A stretch of 64,000 nucleotides of DNA, taken from the NCBI GenBank assembly GCA_040753015.1, contig JBFMHM010000001.1, forward strand, positions 211,157 through 275,156, given 5' to 3'. This stretch comes from Candidatus Omnitrophota bacterium. Lineage in GTDB: Bacteria > Omnitrophota > Gorgyraeia > Gygaellales > JBFMHM01. The notes below the pieces were generated by a model. That model worked only from the letters and a program-made list of their open reading frames with translations, had not been told where the DNA came from and ran no database searches. This document shows positions 8,604-19,691 of the stretch, piece after piece. Numbering within the stretch: the first letter of the stretch is position 1; each line of letters begins with the position of its first letter. Both the position numbers and the translations under genes were made by a program.

Positions 8604-9815
8604 TTATTTTTGATTTTTGATATTTGATATTTGATTTTTGTATGGCATTGCCCAAATTTTAATAAACCCTTTTGCTAGGCTTTGATCGAACATATCTTCT
8701 TTGCCATAAGTCGCAAGCTCTTTTTTATAAAGCGCGTATGCAGAGCTTCTTGCGACAACAACACAACTGCCTTTAAATAATTTGAGTTTTGTTGAACCGG
8801 TAACTTTATCTTGCGTAGTTTCAATAAAACTATCTAAAGCATCTTTTAAAGGCGAATACCATAGCCCATAATATGCAAGCTCTGAATATTTTAAAGAAAT
8901 ATTTTCTTTAAAGTGTATTAGCTCTCTGTCTAATGTAAGTGATTCCAAATCACGATGCGCTGCATAAAGAATAGTTGCTGCTGGCGCTTCGTAAATTTCC
9001 CGTGACTTAATCCCTACTAATCTATTTTCAACTAAGTCTGTTCTGCCAATACCAAATGCTCCTCCAATTAAATTAAGCTCGGTGATTATTTTCTTTAAAC
9101 CTAACATCTTCCCATTCAATTTTCTTGGAATACCTTTTTCAAAATATATCTCAATGTATTTTGGCTTATCTGGTGTTTTAGAAACTGCTTTTGTAATTAT
9201 AAACGCATCCTCTGGCGGCTCATTTTTTAAATCTTCTAAAATTCCAGATTCAATACTAATACCCCAAATATTTCTATCAACGCTATAGGGCTTTTTCTTG
9301 GTAACATCAATAGGAATATTATTTTCTATGGCATAATCAATCTCTTCTTCCCGTGACTTGAATTCCCATTCCCGCACTGGAGCTAAAATTTCTAACTTTG
9401 GATCAAGAATATTGGCTGCAACCTCAATCCTTACTTGATCATTACCTTTGCCAGTACAACCATGAGCAATATAACTAGCATTTTCTTTATGCGCAATATC
9501 AACTAAATATTTTGCAATTAAAGGCCGCCCAAGCGCAGTTGCAAGTAGATATTTGCCCTCATAAATTGCATTTGCCTTTAAAGCTGGCACAATAAAATCA
9601 CTAATAAATTCATCTTGCAAATCTTTAATATAAACTTTTTTTGCGCCTGCCTTGAAAGCACGTTTTTCAATTGCCTCAATATTCTCTCCCCTGCCTAGGC
9701 CTTGGCCTAAATCTGCCATAAAACAAATAACTTCATAACCACGATTACTCAGCCATTTAACAATACAAGATGTATCTAATCCGCCTGAATATGCCAATAC
9801 AACTTTTTTTGACAT
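8604..9815 (-). CDS. argG: Argininosuccinate synthase
   Basis: AYSGGLDTS, HGCTGKGNDQVR, ENRLVGIKSRE. Confidence 0.98.
   Translation of the reverse strand: MSKKVVLAYSGGLDTSCIVKWLSNRGYEVICFMADLGQGLGRGENIEAIEKRAFKAGAKKVYIKDLQDEFISDFIVPALKANAIYEGKYLLATALGRPLIAKYLVDIAHKENASYIAHGCTGKGNDQVRIEVAANILDPKLEILAPVREWEFKSREEEIDYAIENNIPIDVTKKKPYSVDRNIWGISIESGILEDLKNEPPEDAFIITKAVSKTPDKPKYIEIYFEKGIPRKLNGKMLGLKKIITELNLIGGAFGIGRTDLVENRLVGIKSREIYEAPAATILYAAHRDLESLTLDRELIHFKENISLKYSELAYYGLWYSPLKDALDSFIETTQDKVTGSTKLKLFKGSCVVVARSSAYALYKKELATYGKEDMFDQSLAKGFIKIWAMPYKNQISNIKNQK
8606..8640. repeat. Five tandem heptamers AT(T/A)TTTG forming the argG 3' end
   Basis: ATTTTTG x2, ATATTTG x2, ATTTTTG; encodes KNQISNIKNQK. 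Confidence 0.8.
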
Positions 9816-9828
9816 TTATTTACCCCCT

Positions 9829-10761
9829 TTAATCTCGCCGATTTTTGGCGGACAATAAACTTAGCAATATTGCCTTTTGTATATGCAGGCGGTTTTCTGC
9901 CTGATCAAAAACTACTGAATTTGAACTATCAATCACTTCATCAGTAATCTCTTCACCACGATGCGCCGGTAAACAATGCATTATTAAGCATTTCGGCTTA
10001 GCATAAGAAATTAGCTTAGAATTTACTTGAAAATCACGAAATGCAATTTTTCTTCTTTCAGTTTCTTCCTCTTGCCCCATGCTCGTCCATACATCAGTAT
10101 AAATTATATCGGCATCTTTTATAGCATCACGAGGATCATCTAATAAAACAACTTCGCATTTATTTTTTAACGCTTGGGCCTTTGCATCACGAAGAACAAG
10201 TTTATCGGGACAAAATCCTTCGGGACAAGCAATTCTTATGTTTAAACCAACCTTGCTGCATGCAAACATCAATGAATTACAAACATTATTACCATCTCCA
10301 ACATAACTTAAAGTAATGCCCTGAAATTTCTTAAACTTTTCCTTTACAGTAAAAATATCTGCTAATGCCTGACAAGGATGTGAAAAATCAGACAACCCAT
10401 TTATAACGGGAATCGTTGCAAACTTCGCTAATTCTTCAATGGTTGACTGGCTAAATGTTCTAACCACAATACCAGACAAATACCGCGAAAGGGTCAAAGC
10501 AATATCATGCGTTGTTTCACGCTTGCCGATTTGAATATGCTGTGAGTCTAAATAAATCGTTGTCCCGCCTAGCTGGAACATTCCCACCTCAAAAGATACA
10601 CGCGTCCTATTTGATGGCTTTTCAAAAATCAATCCAAGCGTTTTTCCAAAAAGCTTTGTTGAATATTTTTTTGGGTTTGATTTTATATTTTTCGCTAAAT
10701 CTAAAAACCCTTGGATATCTTTTGTGGTTAAATTTTTTATTGATGTCAAATCTTTTTGCAT
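9829..10761 (-). CDS. argF: Ornithine carbamoyltransferase
   Basis: SNRTRVSF, HPCQAL, WTSMG, HCLPAHRGEE. Confidence 0.96.
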   Translation of the reverse strand: MQKDLTSIKNLTTKDIQGFLDLAKNIKSNPKKYSTKLFGKTLGLIFEKPSNRTRVSFEVGMFQLGGTTIYLDSQHIQIGKRETTHDIALTLSRYLSGIVVRTFSQSTIEELAKFATIPVINGLSDFSHPCQALADIFTVKEKFKKFQGITLSYVGDGNNVCNSLMFACSKVGLNIRIACPEGFCPDKLVLRDAKAQALKNKCEVVLLDDPRDAIKDADIIYTDVWTSMGQEEETERRKIAFRDFQVNSKLISYAKPKCLIMHCLPAHRGEEITDEVIDSSNSVVFDQAENRLHIQKAILLSLLSAKNRRD

Positions 10762-11939
10762 TCTAGCTCCTTAAAAACCTTTTCTAAAATATACGCTGCT
10801 TTATCAATTTGTTTTTTTGTAACATTCAAAGGCGGCATAAGCCGAATCACTTTATCTTGGGTACAATTAATCAAAAGCCCTAAACTCAAGGCTTTTTCAA
10901 CAAGAATCTTTCCGTCAATATTTAACTCCACCCCATACATCAAACCTAATCCCCTAACATCTATAATACAAGAATACTTTTCTTTTAGATTGATTAATTT
11001 TTCTTTTAAATAATCACCCATTTTTTGAGCATTTGTAATAAGTTTCTCTTTTTGGATTGCTCGAAATACAGCTAATGCTGCCTTACAAACTACCGGCCCT
11101 CCGCCAAAAGTTGAGCCATGCATTCCCGGCTGTAAACTATCAGCAATTTCTCTTTTAGCAACTAAAACTCCAAGCGGCAGTCCTCCTGCAATAGCTTTTG
11201 CAAGCACCATTAAATCTGGAATTACTCCATAATGCTCATAACAAAATAGTTTTGCTGTTCGGCCCATGCCAGTCTGAATCTCATCAAAAATTAATAGTAT
11301 ATTTTTTTCATCACAAATTTTTCGTAATTCTAAAACAAAATTCTTATCGGCAATATTCACTCCGCCTTCACCCTGCACTAATTCAAGCAATATTGCTACT
11401 GTTTTAGCCGTAATTGTCTGTTTCAACTGTTCTATATCGTTAAAAGTAACTGTTTTAAAACCCGGTACAAGCGGCTCAAAAGGTTTCTTATGTTTTTCTT
11501 GGCCAGTTGCTGAAAGCGCTCCGCAAGTTCTTCCATGGAAAGAATTTAAAAAAGTAATAATTTCGTAGCGCTCGCCCTTACCATAGGCGCGAGAAAATTT
11601 TATTGCACTTTCTATTGCCTCAGCTCCGCTATTACAAAAAAATACCTTTGAATCATACGCCCAAAAATTTATTTCTTTTGCCAGCTTTGCCTGTTGCACT
11701 GTTAAATAATTATTGGGCACAAAAATTAATTTGCTCACCTGATCTCTAATTGCACACATCACCTTAGAATGGCAGTGGCCCAAGTTATTTACACCCCACC
11801 CAGGGAAAAAATCTAAATATTCCTTGCCATCAATATCCCAAAGTTTTGTGCCTTTGCCTTTTACAAAAATAACATTTTGCCGCCTATAGGTAGGCATTAT
11901 ACATTCGCTATATGTTTTAAATATTTCTTCTTTTGTCAT
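10746..11939 (-). CDS. argD: Acetylornithine aminotransferase
   Basis: NSGAEA, FHGRT, DEIQTGMGRT, HGSTFGG; arg operon context. Confidence 0.93.
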   Translation of the reverse strand: MTKEEIFKTYSECIMPTYRRQNVIFVKGKGTKLWDIDGKEYLDFFPGWGVNNLGHCHSKVMCAIRDQVSKLIFVPNNYLTVQQAKLAKEINFWAYDSKVFFCNSGAEAIESAIKFSRAYGKGERYEIITFLNSFHGRTCGALSATGQEKHKKPFEPLVPGFKTVTFNDIEQLKQTITAKTVAILLELVQGEGGVNIADKNFVLELRKICDEKNILLIFDEIQTGMGRTAKLFCYEHYGVIPDLMVLAKAIAGGLPLGVLVAKREIADSLQPGMHGSTFGGGPVVCKAALAVFRAIQKEKLITNAQKMGDYLKEKLINLKEKYSCIIDVRGLGLMYGVELNIDGKILVEKALSLGLLINCTQDKVIRLMPPLNVTKKQIDKAAYILEKVFKELECKKI

Positions 11940-12790
11940 TTTATAATTTCTGTTCCAATACCTGTATTCGTAAAAATTTCCAATAACAATGCATGTGGAA
12001 TACGCGCATCAATTACATGCGTCTTTTTTACACCCAGCTCAATTGCCCTAACACAAGAATTAACCTTTGGAATCATCCCCTCAGAGACAACCTTATCTTT
12101 AACTAATTTTTTTGCTTCGCTAATATTTAATGTAGAAATAAGAGATGCGTTATCTTGCACATCACGCATAATTCCTAAAACATTTGTTAATAAAACAAAT
12201 TTTTCTGCCTTTAACATTCCGGCAAGCTGGCTTGCGGCATCATCAGCATTAATATTATAAATTGTGCCTTTCTTATCCTTACCCATTGGTGAAATTACTA
12301 AAATATTTTCTTTCTCTAAAATCTTATGCAATTTTTCCACATTAATTTCACTAATTTCGCCAACAAGCCCAAGGTCCTTTTTAGCCTTCCTTTTTTCAGC
12401 AAATATTATATCATCCTTTTCACCGAGCAAGCCCTTAACCTTAACTCCGTGTGAGTAAATTTCAGAAACAAGCTTTTTATTTAACTTTGCTAATTCCTCG
12501 CTTACAATTTTTAAAGTTGTTTCATCAGTATAACGCATTCCCTCAATAAACTCTGTCTTAATAGAAGCGGCTTTCATTCGTTGGCTAATCTGAGGCCCAC
12601 CGCCATGGACAAGAATAGTTTTTATGCCGATAAAATTTAAAAATACGATATCTTCAATTACCCCTTGGCGAATTTTATCTTCATCTAAAATACTACCGCC
12701 ATATTTTATTACAATTGTCTTGCCATGAAATGCTTTTATATAAGGAAGCGCTTCGATTAAAACATCTGCTTTTTTAATTGCCTCTTGCAT
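11936..12790 (-). CDS. argB: Acetylglutamate kinase
   Basis: EALPYI, IKYGG, VHGGGP, NINAD, GMIPK. Confidence 0.96.
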   Translation of the reverse strand: MQEAIKKADVLIEALPYIKAFHGKTIVIKYGGSILDEDKIRQGVIEDIVFLNFIGIKTILVHGGGPQISQRMKAASIKTEFIEGMRYTDETTLKIVSEELAKLNKKLVSEIYSHGVKVKGLLGEKDDIIFAEKRKAKKDLGLVGEISEINVEKLHKILEKENILVISPMGKDKKGTIYNINADDAASQLAGMLKAEKFVLLTNVLGIMRDVQDNASLISTLNISEAKKLVKDKVVSEGMIPKVNSCVRAIELGVKKTHVIDARIPHALLLEIFTNTGIGTEIIK

Positions 12791-12801
12791 AAAATCCTTT
12801 C

Positions 12802-13941
12802 TTAATTATACGCGGCATTAATTGCAATATATTTTGGCGTTAAATCCGTAGAATAAATAATTGCTTTAGCCTTGCCCTGTTTAAAATTGACTTTTACTAA
12901 AACTTCGTCTTTTCCCTTAAAAGACATATTTATTTTAAAATCGCCTTCTTTTACCTTCAAATCAGCTGCCCCAATCGCCGCAGCAATTCTTCCCCAATTC
13001 GGATTATTCCCGAAACACGCGCATTTAAAAAGCATGGAATTTGCTATTGCAAGGCCTGCTTTTTTCGCTTGCTCAAAAGAGTGTAGCCCATTTATTTCTA
13101 TTGTAATAAATTTGGTCCTTCCTTCCCCATCCTTAATAATATCCTTTGAAAGCTCTAGGCATATTTCATTTAACGCGGTGCTGAATTTTTTAATATCATT
13201 TTTGCTTTGTATTTTGTAACCACTTACTCCATTTGCTAAAATACTTACGAAATCATTTGTGCTCATACAACCATCAACAGATATACAGTTAAAAGATCGA
13301 TCTATTGCCTGATTTAAGATTTTTTCTAATATTTTTTTATCAATCGCAGCATCGGTTGTAATAAATGCAAGCATTGTTGCCATATTTGGAGCAATCATAC
13401 CAGAACCCTTTGCCATTGCACCAATTGCAACTGATTTTTTTCCAAAATTAATCTTATAAGCTCTTTGTTTTATAAAAGTATCAGTTGTTAAAATTGCCTT
13501 GGCGGCATTTTTTCCGGCCTCATCTAAGCTCGATAAATTTTCAATTAAATCCGGAATGCCGTTTCTAACTTTATCTATCGCAAGCCGCTTGCCAATTATG
13601 CCAGTTGATGCAACTAAAACATCATTTTCTTTAATTCCAAGGTTAGATGCCACCATCTTGCACATTACTAATGCATCACTCACCCCAGCCTTACCTGTAA
13701 AACAATTCGCATTTCCACTATTTATAATTATTGCTTGTATAGTTTTATTTTTTAAATGATTAAAACTTACTGTCAAAGGCGCAGCCCAAACAGAATTTTT
13801 TGTAAATACCGCTGCAGCGGTTGCCGGATTTTTAGAATAAATTAAAGCTAAGTCTTTCTTAGCAGTATTTTTTAAGCCACAAGCTATACCGCTGGCTAAA
13901 AATCCTTTTGGAAAAGTTACACCAACATTATTAATTACCAA
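12802..13941 (-). CDS. argJ: Ornithine acetyltransferase / N-acetylglutamate synthase
   Basis: NSGNAN, STGIIG, KGSGMIAPNMATML, DGEG, PNWGRI. Confidence 0.95.
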   Translation of the reverse strand: MVINNVGVTFPKGFLASGIACGLKNTAKKDLALIYSKNPATAAAVFTKNSVWAAPLTVSFNHLKNKTIQAIIINSGNANCFTGKAGVSDALVMCKMVASNLGIKENDVLVASTGIIGKRLAIDKVRNGIPDLIENLSSLDEAGKNAAKAILTTDTFIKQRAYKINFGKKSVAIGAMAKGSGMIAPNMATMLAFITTDAAIDKKILEKILNQAIDRSFNCISVDGCMSTNDFVSILANGVSGYKIQSKNDIKKFSTALNEICLELSKDIIKDGEGRTKFITIEINGLHSFEQAKKAGLAIANSMLFKCACFGNNPNWGRIAAAIGAADLKVKEGDFKINMSFKGKDEVLVKVNFKQGKAKAIIYSTDLTPKYIAINAAYN

Positions 13942-14963
13942 ACTAAACCCGCCCTTTCATCAAGACCACACATAATATTTAAATTCTGCACAGCCTGGCC
14001 CGATGCGCCTTTTAATAAATTATCAATCACGCATATAATAATTGCTATTTTTTTATCCAAATCAACACATATTCCTATATCGCAAAAATTTGTATTAATA
14101 ACATCTTTTAATTCGGGAAACTCACCCTCTTCTCTTATACGTATAAAAAAACTATCGGCGTAAAAATCTCTATACGTTTTGATTAGATCCTGAGCTAATA
14201 AACATTTTCCTAATTTTACATAAATAGTCGTAAGTATTCCTCTATTTATAGGAATAAGGTGCGGGACAAAATTTACGGATACTTTTTTTGCTGCTATCTC
14301 TGAAAGCTGGTCATTAATTTCAGGCATATGTTGATGGCAATTTATTTTATATGCCTTAAAATTCTCATTAACCTCGCAAAACATAAAATCTGCCAGCTTC
14401 TTCTTACCAGCTCCACTAACCCCGCTCTTTGCATCTATTATTATAGAATCAATATCAATAAAATTATTTTTCAATAATGGCGCACATGCTAAAATTGATG
14501 GAGTTGGATAACATCCAGGATTAGCAATAAGCCTTGCATCTTCTATTGCTTTCTTATTTATCTCGGAAAGACCATAGACTGCATTTTTTATATTATCTTT
14601 ATCGCTATGGGCTATCTTATAACAATTTTCATAAATAGCTGAATTTTTGAAACGATAGTCTGCACTTAAATCAACCACTTTAATATTTTGTGAAATTAAA
14701 CGCGGCGCAATCTGCATTGATACAGTATGCGGTAAAGCTAAGAATACGATTTCACAAAGTCTCTTAATTTCAACAATATCAATTGTATTTGAACATTCTA
14801 AATCGAGCACACCATTAAACTTAGGAAATATCTCTCCAATTTTTTTTGGTTTATCTAGTCGTGAAAAAAGATATGTAATTTTTACATCAGGATGCCCTAT
14901 TAAAATCTTCATTAATTCCTGACCCGTATAACCGGTTATGCCAATTATCCCTACTTTAATCAT
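13935..14963 (-). CDS. argC: N-acetyl-gamma-glutamyl-phosphate reductase
   Basis: GITGYTG, DLSADYR, ANPGCYPT, DNLLKGASGQAVQN. Confidence 0.97.
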   Translation of the reverse strand: MIKVGIIGITGYTGQELMKILIGHPDVKITYLFSRLDKPKKIGEIFPKFNGVLDLECSNTIDIVEIKRLCEIVFLALPHTVSMQIAPRLISQNIKVVDLSADYRFKNSAIYENCYKIAHSDKDNIKNAVYGLSEINKKAIEDARLIANPGCYPTPSILACAPLLKNNFIDIDSIIIDAKSGVSGAGKKKLADFMFCEVNENFKAYKINCHQHMPEINDQLSEIAAKKVSVNFVPHLIPINRGILTTIYVKLGKCLLAQDLIKTYRDFYADSFFIRIREEGEFPELKDVINTNFCDIGICVDLDKKIAIIICVIDNLLKGASGQAVQNLNIMCGLDERAGLVW

Positions 14964-15004
14964 AATCTTTTTCTCCTAATATAATATTAATGTATCATAA
15001 AATA

Positions 15005-15043
15005 AAAAACCTGTCTCGTCAATGATTTTCGAGACAGGTTTTT
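15005..15043. terminator. Intrinsic terminator after rpsI
   Basis: AAAAAACCTGTCTCG...CGAGACAGGTTTTT hairpin flanked by A/T tracts. Confidence 0.8.
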
Positions 15044-15079
15044 ATATCTTTAATTTTAAATTTTTCTAGTTTTTTTCTC

Positions 15080-15466
15080 CTATCTCTTAGTCCACTGGAA
15101 ACGTTTCCTTGCGCCTTTTTGCCCGTATTTCTTGCGTTCTTTCATGCGTGGATCACGAGTTAGAAAACCGTGTTCTTTAAGTATATCTCTTAATGCCTGA
15201 TCGGACAAAATTAATGCACGGGCAATTCCTAATGATAATGCTCCAGCCTGACCAGATAAACCACCACCTGTAACATTAGCGTGAACATCATATTTATTTA
15301 TTGTATTAGTAACCGCGAGCGGCTCTTGTGCTAATATTTTTTGCGTTGGACGATTAAAATAGTTATCAGGATTTTTCCCATTTACAAAAATCTTTCCAGA
15401 ACCATTGACTAATCTTACTCTTGCAATAGATTCTTTTCTTCTACCTGTAGCTAAAAATTCTGACAT
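15080..15466 (-). CDS. rpsI: 30S ribosomal protein S9
   Basis: TGRRK, GGGLSGQAGA, RDPRMKERKKYG. Confidence 0.98.
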   Translation of the reverse strand: MSEFLATGRRKESIARVRLVNGSGKIFVNGKNPDNYFNRPTQKILAQEPLAVTNTINKYDVHANVTGGGLSGQAGALSLGIARALILSDQALRDILKEHGFLTRDPRMKERKKYGQKGARKRFQWTKR

Positions 15467-15468
15467 TA

Positions 15469-15894
15469 TTATTTGATCTCCTCTAACTTTTGTGCACTCT
15501 GCATATGTTTATCTAATGCATAGACTCTTAATTTTTTGAGCATGGCGTAAGCCAATGGGCCACTTGGTAACATTCTTTGTACAGCAAGCCTTACTACCTT
15601 CGTAGGCTGTTTTGCAAGCATCGTTTTTAAAGGTATCTCTTTCTTACCACCTGGATAACCCGAATAGAAAGCATATATTTTGTTTTCAAGCTTCCTTCCG
15701 CTAACCCTAATTTTTGAAGCATTAATAATAACAACGCCATCGCCTGTATTAACATTCGGCGTATAAATAGCTTTGTGTTTGCCGCGTAATATTTTTGCAG
15801 TATTTACCGCAAGGCGGCCTAAAACTTTATTTTTGGCGTCAATTAAATACCATTTTTGCTCTAAATCTTGCTTTCTTGCTATATAAGTCTTCAC
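15469..15894 (-). CDS. rplM: 50S ribosomal protein L13
   Basis: WYLIDA, LGRLA, GKHK, SGYPGG. Confidence 0.98.
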   Translation of the reverse strand: MKTYIARKQDLEQKWYLIDAKNKVLGRLAVNTAKILRGKHKAIYTPNVNTGDGVVIINASKIRVSGRKLENKIYAFYSGYPGGKKEIPLKTMLAKQPTKVVRLAVQRMLPSGPLAYAMLKKLRVYALDKHMQSAQKLEEIK

Positions 15895-15936
15895 CTTAGT
15901 TCTCCCTCAAAATAGATTTTAACTAATAGACAATAA

Positions 15937-15965
15937 ATTATACACTAAAATATAAGAAAAGTCAA
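15937..15965 (-). promoter_or_regulatory. Sigma70-type promoter for rplM-rpsI
   Basis: TTGACT-17 bp-TATAAT on the minus strand. Confidence 0.7.
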
Positions 15966-16783
15966 ATACAATTTGCGCGGCGTAAAAGATAATTAATATC
16001 TGGCCAGATATTATTACTTCTAAGGAGCGCAAAAACTATCTCTTTATTTTTTAAAGTATCTTTACCAACAAAGCAATGCCCGGCTTTACGTGTAAAACCT
16101 GTTTTACCAATGGCGATGTTTGGATGTCTCCATAAAAGCTTATCATGATTCCGCAGTTTAATCAATATTCCATCATTACCTCTAAAAGAATAATATTGTC
16201 TCCTCATAATTTCCATTGCTATTTTATACTTTGTTAATCTTTTAATCATAATCGTTAAATCATGCACAGTAGTATATTGTTTCCCCCCAGACGAAGGCAA
16301 CCCGTTACAATTAATAAAATGGCTGTTACGGCACCCTAATTGCCTAGCCCGCGCATTCATCAATTTAACAAAATTATCTTCTGATCCGGCTATTGCTTCT
16401 GCAAGACATACCGCAGCATCATTTGAAGACGCCATTAATACAGCATACAACAAATCTCTAACCTTATAGCTTACATTAGGGCGTAAATTAGCTTTACTCG
16501 GTTGTTTATTACAAGCATTTCTACTTGCAACAATGCTCTTCTCTAAATTTAATTTTTCTAAAACCAAAATTGCTGTCATAACTTTTGCCGTACTAGCTGG
16601 CTCTAAACGTTTATGAATATTTCTAGCAAATAATACTTTATTTTTCTTTATATCAACAAGAATTGCAGCATTAGCGCTTAACGAATTTGGGATAGCTGTA
16701 TTTTTGGCAAAAACTTGGTTATTAAAAATAAGCGTGCTTATGCTAATATAAATAATTAAAAAAAATGTTTTACGGAAAGGCAT
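15962..16783 (-). CDS. D-alanyl-D-alanine carboxypeptidase (peptidase S11)
   Basis: Signal peptide; SxxK (ASTAK), SSN and KTG motifs. Confidence 0.9.
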   Translation of the reverse strand: MPFRKTFFLIIYISISTLIFNNQVFAKNTAIPNSLSANAAILVDIKKNKVLFARNIHKRLEPASTAKVMTAILVLEKLNLEKSIVASRNACNKQPSKANLRPNVSYKVRDLLYAVLMASSNDAAVCLAEAIAGSEDNFVKLMNARARQLGCRNSHFINCNGLPSSGGKQYTTVHDLTIMIKRLTKYKIAMEIMRRQYYSFRGNDGILIKLRNHDKLLWRHPNIAIGKTGFTRKAGHCFVGKDTLKNKEIVFALLRSNNIWPDINYLLRRANCI

Positions 16784-16791
16784 GTGCTAAC

Positions 16792-17550
16792 CTAATACTC
16801 AACATTGATTAAATGCAGGCCTTTAGCTGGGAAAGTTTTACCGATTAAACATCGCCTGCCATTTTTTAATGCACTAGTTAAGCTATCAATACTCATTTTT
16901 TCTCTCGCAATTTCTGCTAGCGTACCAACAATTGAACGAACCATATTGTACAAAAACCCATCTGCTTCGATTTCAACACTAATAAGGCTATTGTTATCTT
17001 CGAATAAATCATGATTTATTATTTTTATTGAAATATTCTTAATCTCTCTTATGGTATCATGGCAGGATGCGCCGCTTGCACAAAAAGCCCTAAAATCATG
17101 CTTGCCTAAAAACATCTTTGCGGCCTTTTTCATTAAAGCGATATTTAATTTATAATGATAAAAATAACTAAACCTATCTAAAAAGGGATTCAAAGTTGAA
17201 GAATTAAATATTAGATAGCGGTAAGTTTTAGCTTTTGAGTCAAACCGTGAATGAAAACCTAATCTAACTTCTTCGATCTCCCTTATTTTTATATCATGCG
17301 GCAATAATCCATTTAATGCTTTTTTTATCCGGGCTGAAGAAATTTTAGAATTTGTTTTAAAATTCGCAACTTGCCCTTTTGCATGAACTCCACTATCCGT
17401 ACGTCCGGAACCAATAAGATTTATCTTCTCCTGCAGTATATTAGAAAGAACGCGTTCAATTGTTTCTTGTATTGAATTTTTGTTTTTTTGTGACTGCCAG
17501 CCGCAATATTTAGTTCCGTCGTATTGTATGGTTAATTTTATATTGCGCAT
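16792..17550 (-). CDS. truA: tRNA pseudouridine(38-40) synthase
   Basis: YDGT, GRTDSGVHA, FLYNMVR; start placed at MRNIK. Confidence 0.96.
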   Translation of the reverse strand: MRNIKLTIQYDGTKYCGWQSQKNKNSIQETIERVLSNILQEKINLIGSGRTDSGVHAKGQVANFKTNSKISSARIKKALNGLLPHDIKIREIEEVRLGFHSRFDSKAKTYRYLIFNSSTLNPFLDRFSYFYHYKLNIALMKKAAKMFLGKHDFRAFCASGASCHDTIREIKNISIKIINHDLFEDNNSLISVEIEADGFLYNMVRSIVGTLAEIAREKMSIDSLTSALKNGRRCLIGKTFPAKGLHLINVEY

Positions 17551-17557
17551 GATAATT

Positions 17558-17585
17558 GTAGAGACGCATTGCAATGCGTCTCTAC
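17558..17585. repeat. GTAG-type REP-like perfect 28-bp palindrome at the asd/truA junction
   Basis: GTAGAGACGCATTGCAATGCGTCTCTAC; identical copy at 32090-32117. Confidence 0.9.
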
Positions 17586-18625
17586 TGTTTAATCAATAAT
17601 TCCGCAATCTGTACGGCATTTAATGCAGCGCCTTTAAGTAAATTATCACTTACAATCCAAAGCCAAAGGCCTTTATGCTCAAATGGATCCTTCCGAATCC
17701 TGCCGACAAATGTATCATCAAGTCCTGCGCAATCTACTGGCATGGGGTATTTTTGAGCTATAGGATCATCAACTAATTTTATGCCGGGAGCGTTTTCTAA
17801 CGCCTTATGAATTTCTTTTATAGTCAATTCTCGCTCTGTCTCAATATATACTGATTCGGAATGCCCTCTAGAAACAGGAACTCTCACACAAGTAGCAGAA
17901 ATTTTAATGTTCTCGTCGTGCATAATCTTATGCGACTCTCTGACAACTTTCCATTCTTCAGTGGTAAAAGAAAATTCTTTAAAACTACCGATTTGAGGAA
18001 AAACATTAAATGCTATTTGTTTTGGCAATGCGCTTGGCACTGTTTTAATATGCAGATGTTCATTAGCTATAGGATTATTATGAAGTTCTAATATCTCTTT
18101 GTTTTGATTCCAAAGCTCAATTACGGCTTCTTTGCCCGCCCCAGATGCTGCCTGCAGAGTCGTAATAATTACCCGCTTAATCTTTGATAATTTATATATT
18201 GGCCAAAGCGCCGCAACAAGCTGTATTGTCGAACAATTTGGGTTAGAAATTATACCTTTATGATGAAAAACATCGCTAGAATTCACTTCAGGAACAACTA
18301 AAGGTACGGTTTCCTCCATTCTAAAATCTGCGCCATTATCAATGACTACCGCGCCTGCTTTAATAGCTATTGGAGCGTAAATCACAGCTGCGCCTTTTTC
18401 ACCTTCAGTGCCGGCAAAAAGAGCTATATCTACACCTTCAAAACTCTTGTCAGAAATAGCTTCAACCTGATAATCTCTATTATCTACTCTAATAACACGG
18501 CTACTTCTTGCTAGCACTTTCAGCTTATCTACTGGAAATTTTCTGTGGCTAAGGCATCTAAGCATTTCCTCGCCAACAACACCCACTCCAATTACTGCAA
18601 CATTGTAACTTTTTTTCTTTTGCAT
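17582..18625 (-). CDS. asd: Aspartate-semialdehyde dehydrogenase
   Basis: VPLVVPEVN, NPNCSTIQ, SGAG, TCVRVP, DNLLKGAALNAVQIAE. Confidence 0.97.
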   Translation of the reverse strand: MQKKKSYNVAVIGVGVVGEEMLRCLSHRKFPVDKLKVLARSSRVIRVDNRDYQVEAISDKSFEGVDIALFAGTEGEKGAAVIYAPIAIKAGAVVIDNGADFRMEETVPLVVPEVNSSDVFHHKGIISNPNCSTIQLVAALWPIYKLSKIKRVIITTLQAASGAGKEAVIELWNQNKEILELHNNPIANEHLHIKTVPSALPKQIAFNVFPQIGSFKEFSFTTEEWKVVRESHKIMHDENIKISATCVRVPVSRGHSESVYIETERELTIKEIHKALENAPGIKLVDDPIAQKYPMPVDCAGLDDTFVGRIRKDPFEHKGLWLWIVSDNLLKGAALNAVQIAELLIKQ

Positions 18626-18641
18626 CTTAATTTCCTCTTCA

Positions 18642-19691
18642 TTATAGGTTTTCTACAACCAGATCTCCGACTTCGGTTGTCGAATAACCCATTTTACCAG
18701 CTGCAAGTGATTTTAATTTTTCTGTCGTGACTTTTATGACTGCATTTTCTACTGCGCAAGCCGCTTTATCCTCTTTTAGAATCTCAAGCATCATCGACAC
18801 CGCACATATTGCAGCCAAAGGATTAATTACATTTTTACCAGTATATTTTGGCGCCGATCCGCCTATTGGTTCAAACATAGAAACTCCATTTGGATTAATA
18901 TTGCCTCCAGCAGCAATACCCATACCACCCTGAATCATCGCACCCAAATCTGTAATAATATCACCAAACATATTATCAGTAACAATCACATCAAACCATT
19001 CAGGGTTTTTAACAAACCACATAGTTGTTGCGTCAACATGTGCATAATCAGTCGAAATATCCGGGTATTCTTTGGCTACATCGTTAAATGTTCTTTCCCA
19101 GAGATTCCAAGCATACGTCAAAACATTAGTCTTCCCGCAAAGAGTTAATTTTTTACGCTTATTCCGCTTACGCGTATATTCAAAGGCATAGCGGATACAA
19201 CGCTCAACCCCTTTTTTTGTATTGTAAGAAATCTGAATAGCAACCTCATCCTTTGTACCTTTATCTTTAAACTCTCCCATACCTCTATAAAGGCCTTCGG
19301 AATTTTCACGAACAACTACAAAATCAATATCTTCTGGTTTTTTATCTTTCAAAGGGCAAAAATTTTCATTATAGAGTTTAACCGGCCGTAAATTTATATA
19401 TTGGTCTAGAGAAAATCTTAGCCTTAAGAGAACGTCAGTCTCTAATATCCCTGGCCTAACATCAGGATGCCCAACAGCACCTAAGTAGATAGCAGAATAT
19501 GTTTTTAGTTCCTCTATATCTTGAGCTTCAACGGTCTTACCGGTTTTTAAAAAACGTTCGCCGCTAAAATCAAAAGTTTTGGTTTCGTATTCAAATTTGA
19601 ATTTATTACTTACTGCTTTTAGAACTTTCAACCCTTCATTAACAACTTCTGGGCCAGTCCCGTCACCGGGTATTACTGCTATTTTGTACAT
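18642..19691 (-). CDS. leuB: 3-isopropylmalate dehydrogenase
   Basis: [30 protein letters not shown]; adjacent to leuCD. Confidence 0.9.
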   Translation of the reverse strand: MYKIAVIPGDGTGPEVVNEGLKVLKAVSNKFKFEYETKTFDFSGERFLKTGKTVEAQDIEELKTYSAIYLGAVGHPDVRPGILETDVLLRLRFSLDQYINLRPVKLYNENFCPLKDKKPEDIDFVVVRENSEGLYRGMGEFKDKGTKDEVAIQISYNTKKGVERCIRYAFEYTRKRNKRKKLTLCGKTNVLTYAWNLWERTFNDVAKEYPDISTDYAHVDATTMWFVKNPEWFDVIVTDNMFGDIITDLGAMIQGGMGIAAGGNINPNGVSMFEPIGGSAPKYTGKNVINPLAAICAVSMMLEILKEDKAACAVENAVIKVTTEKLKSLAAGKMGYSTTEVGDLVVENL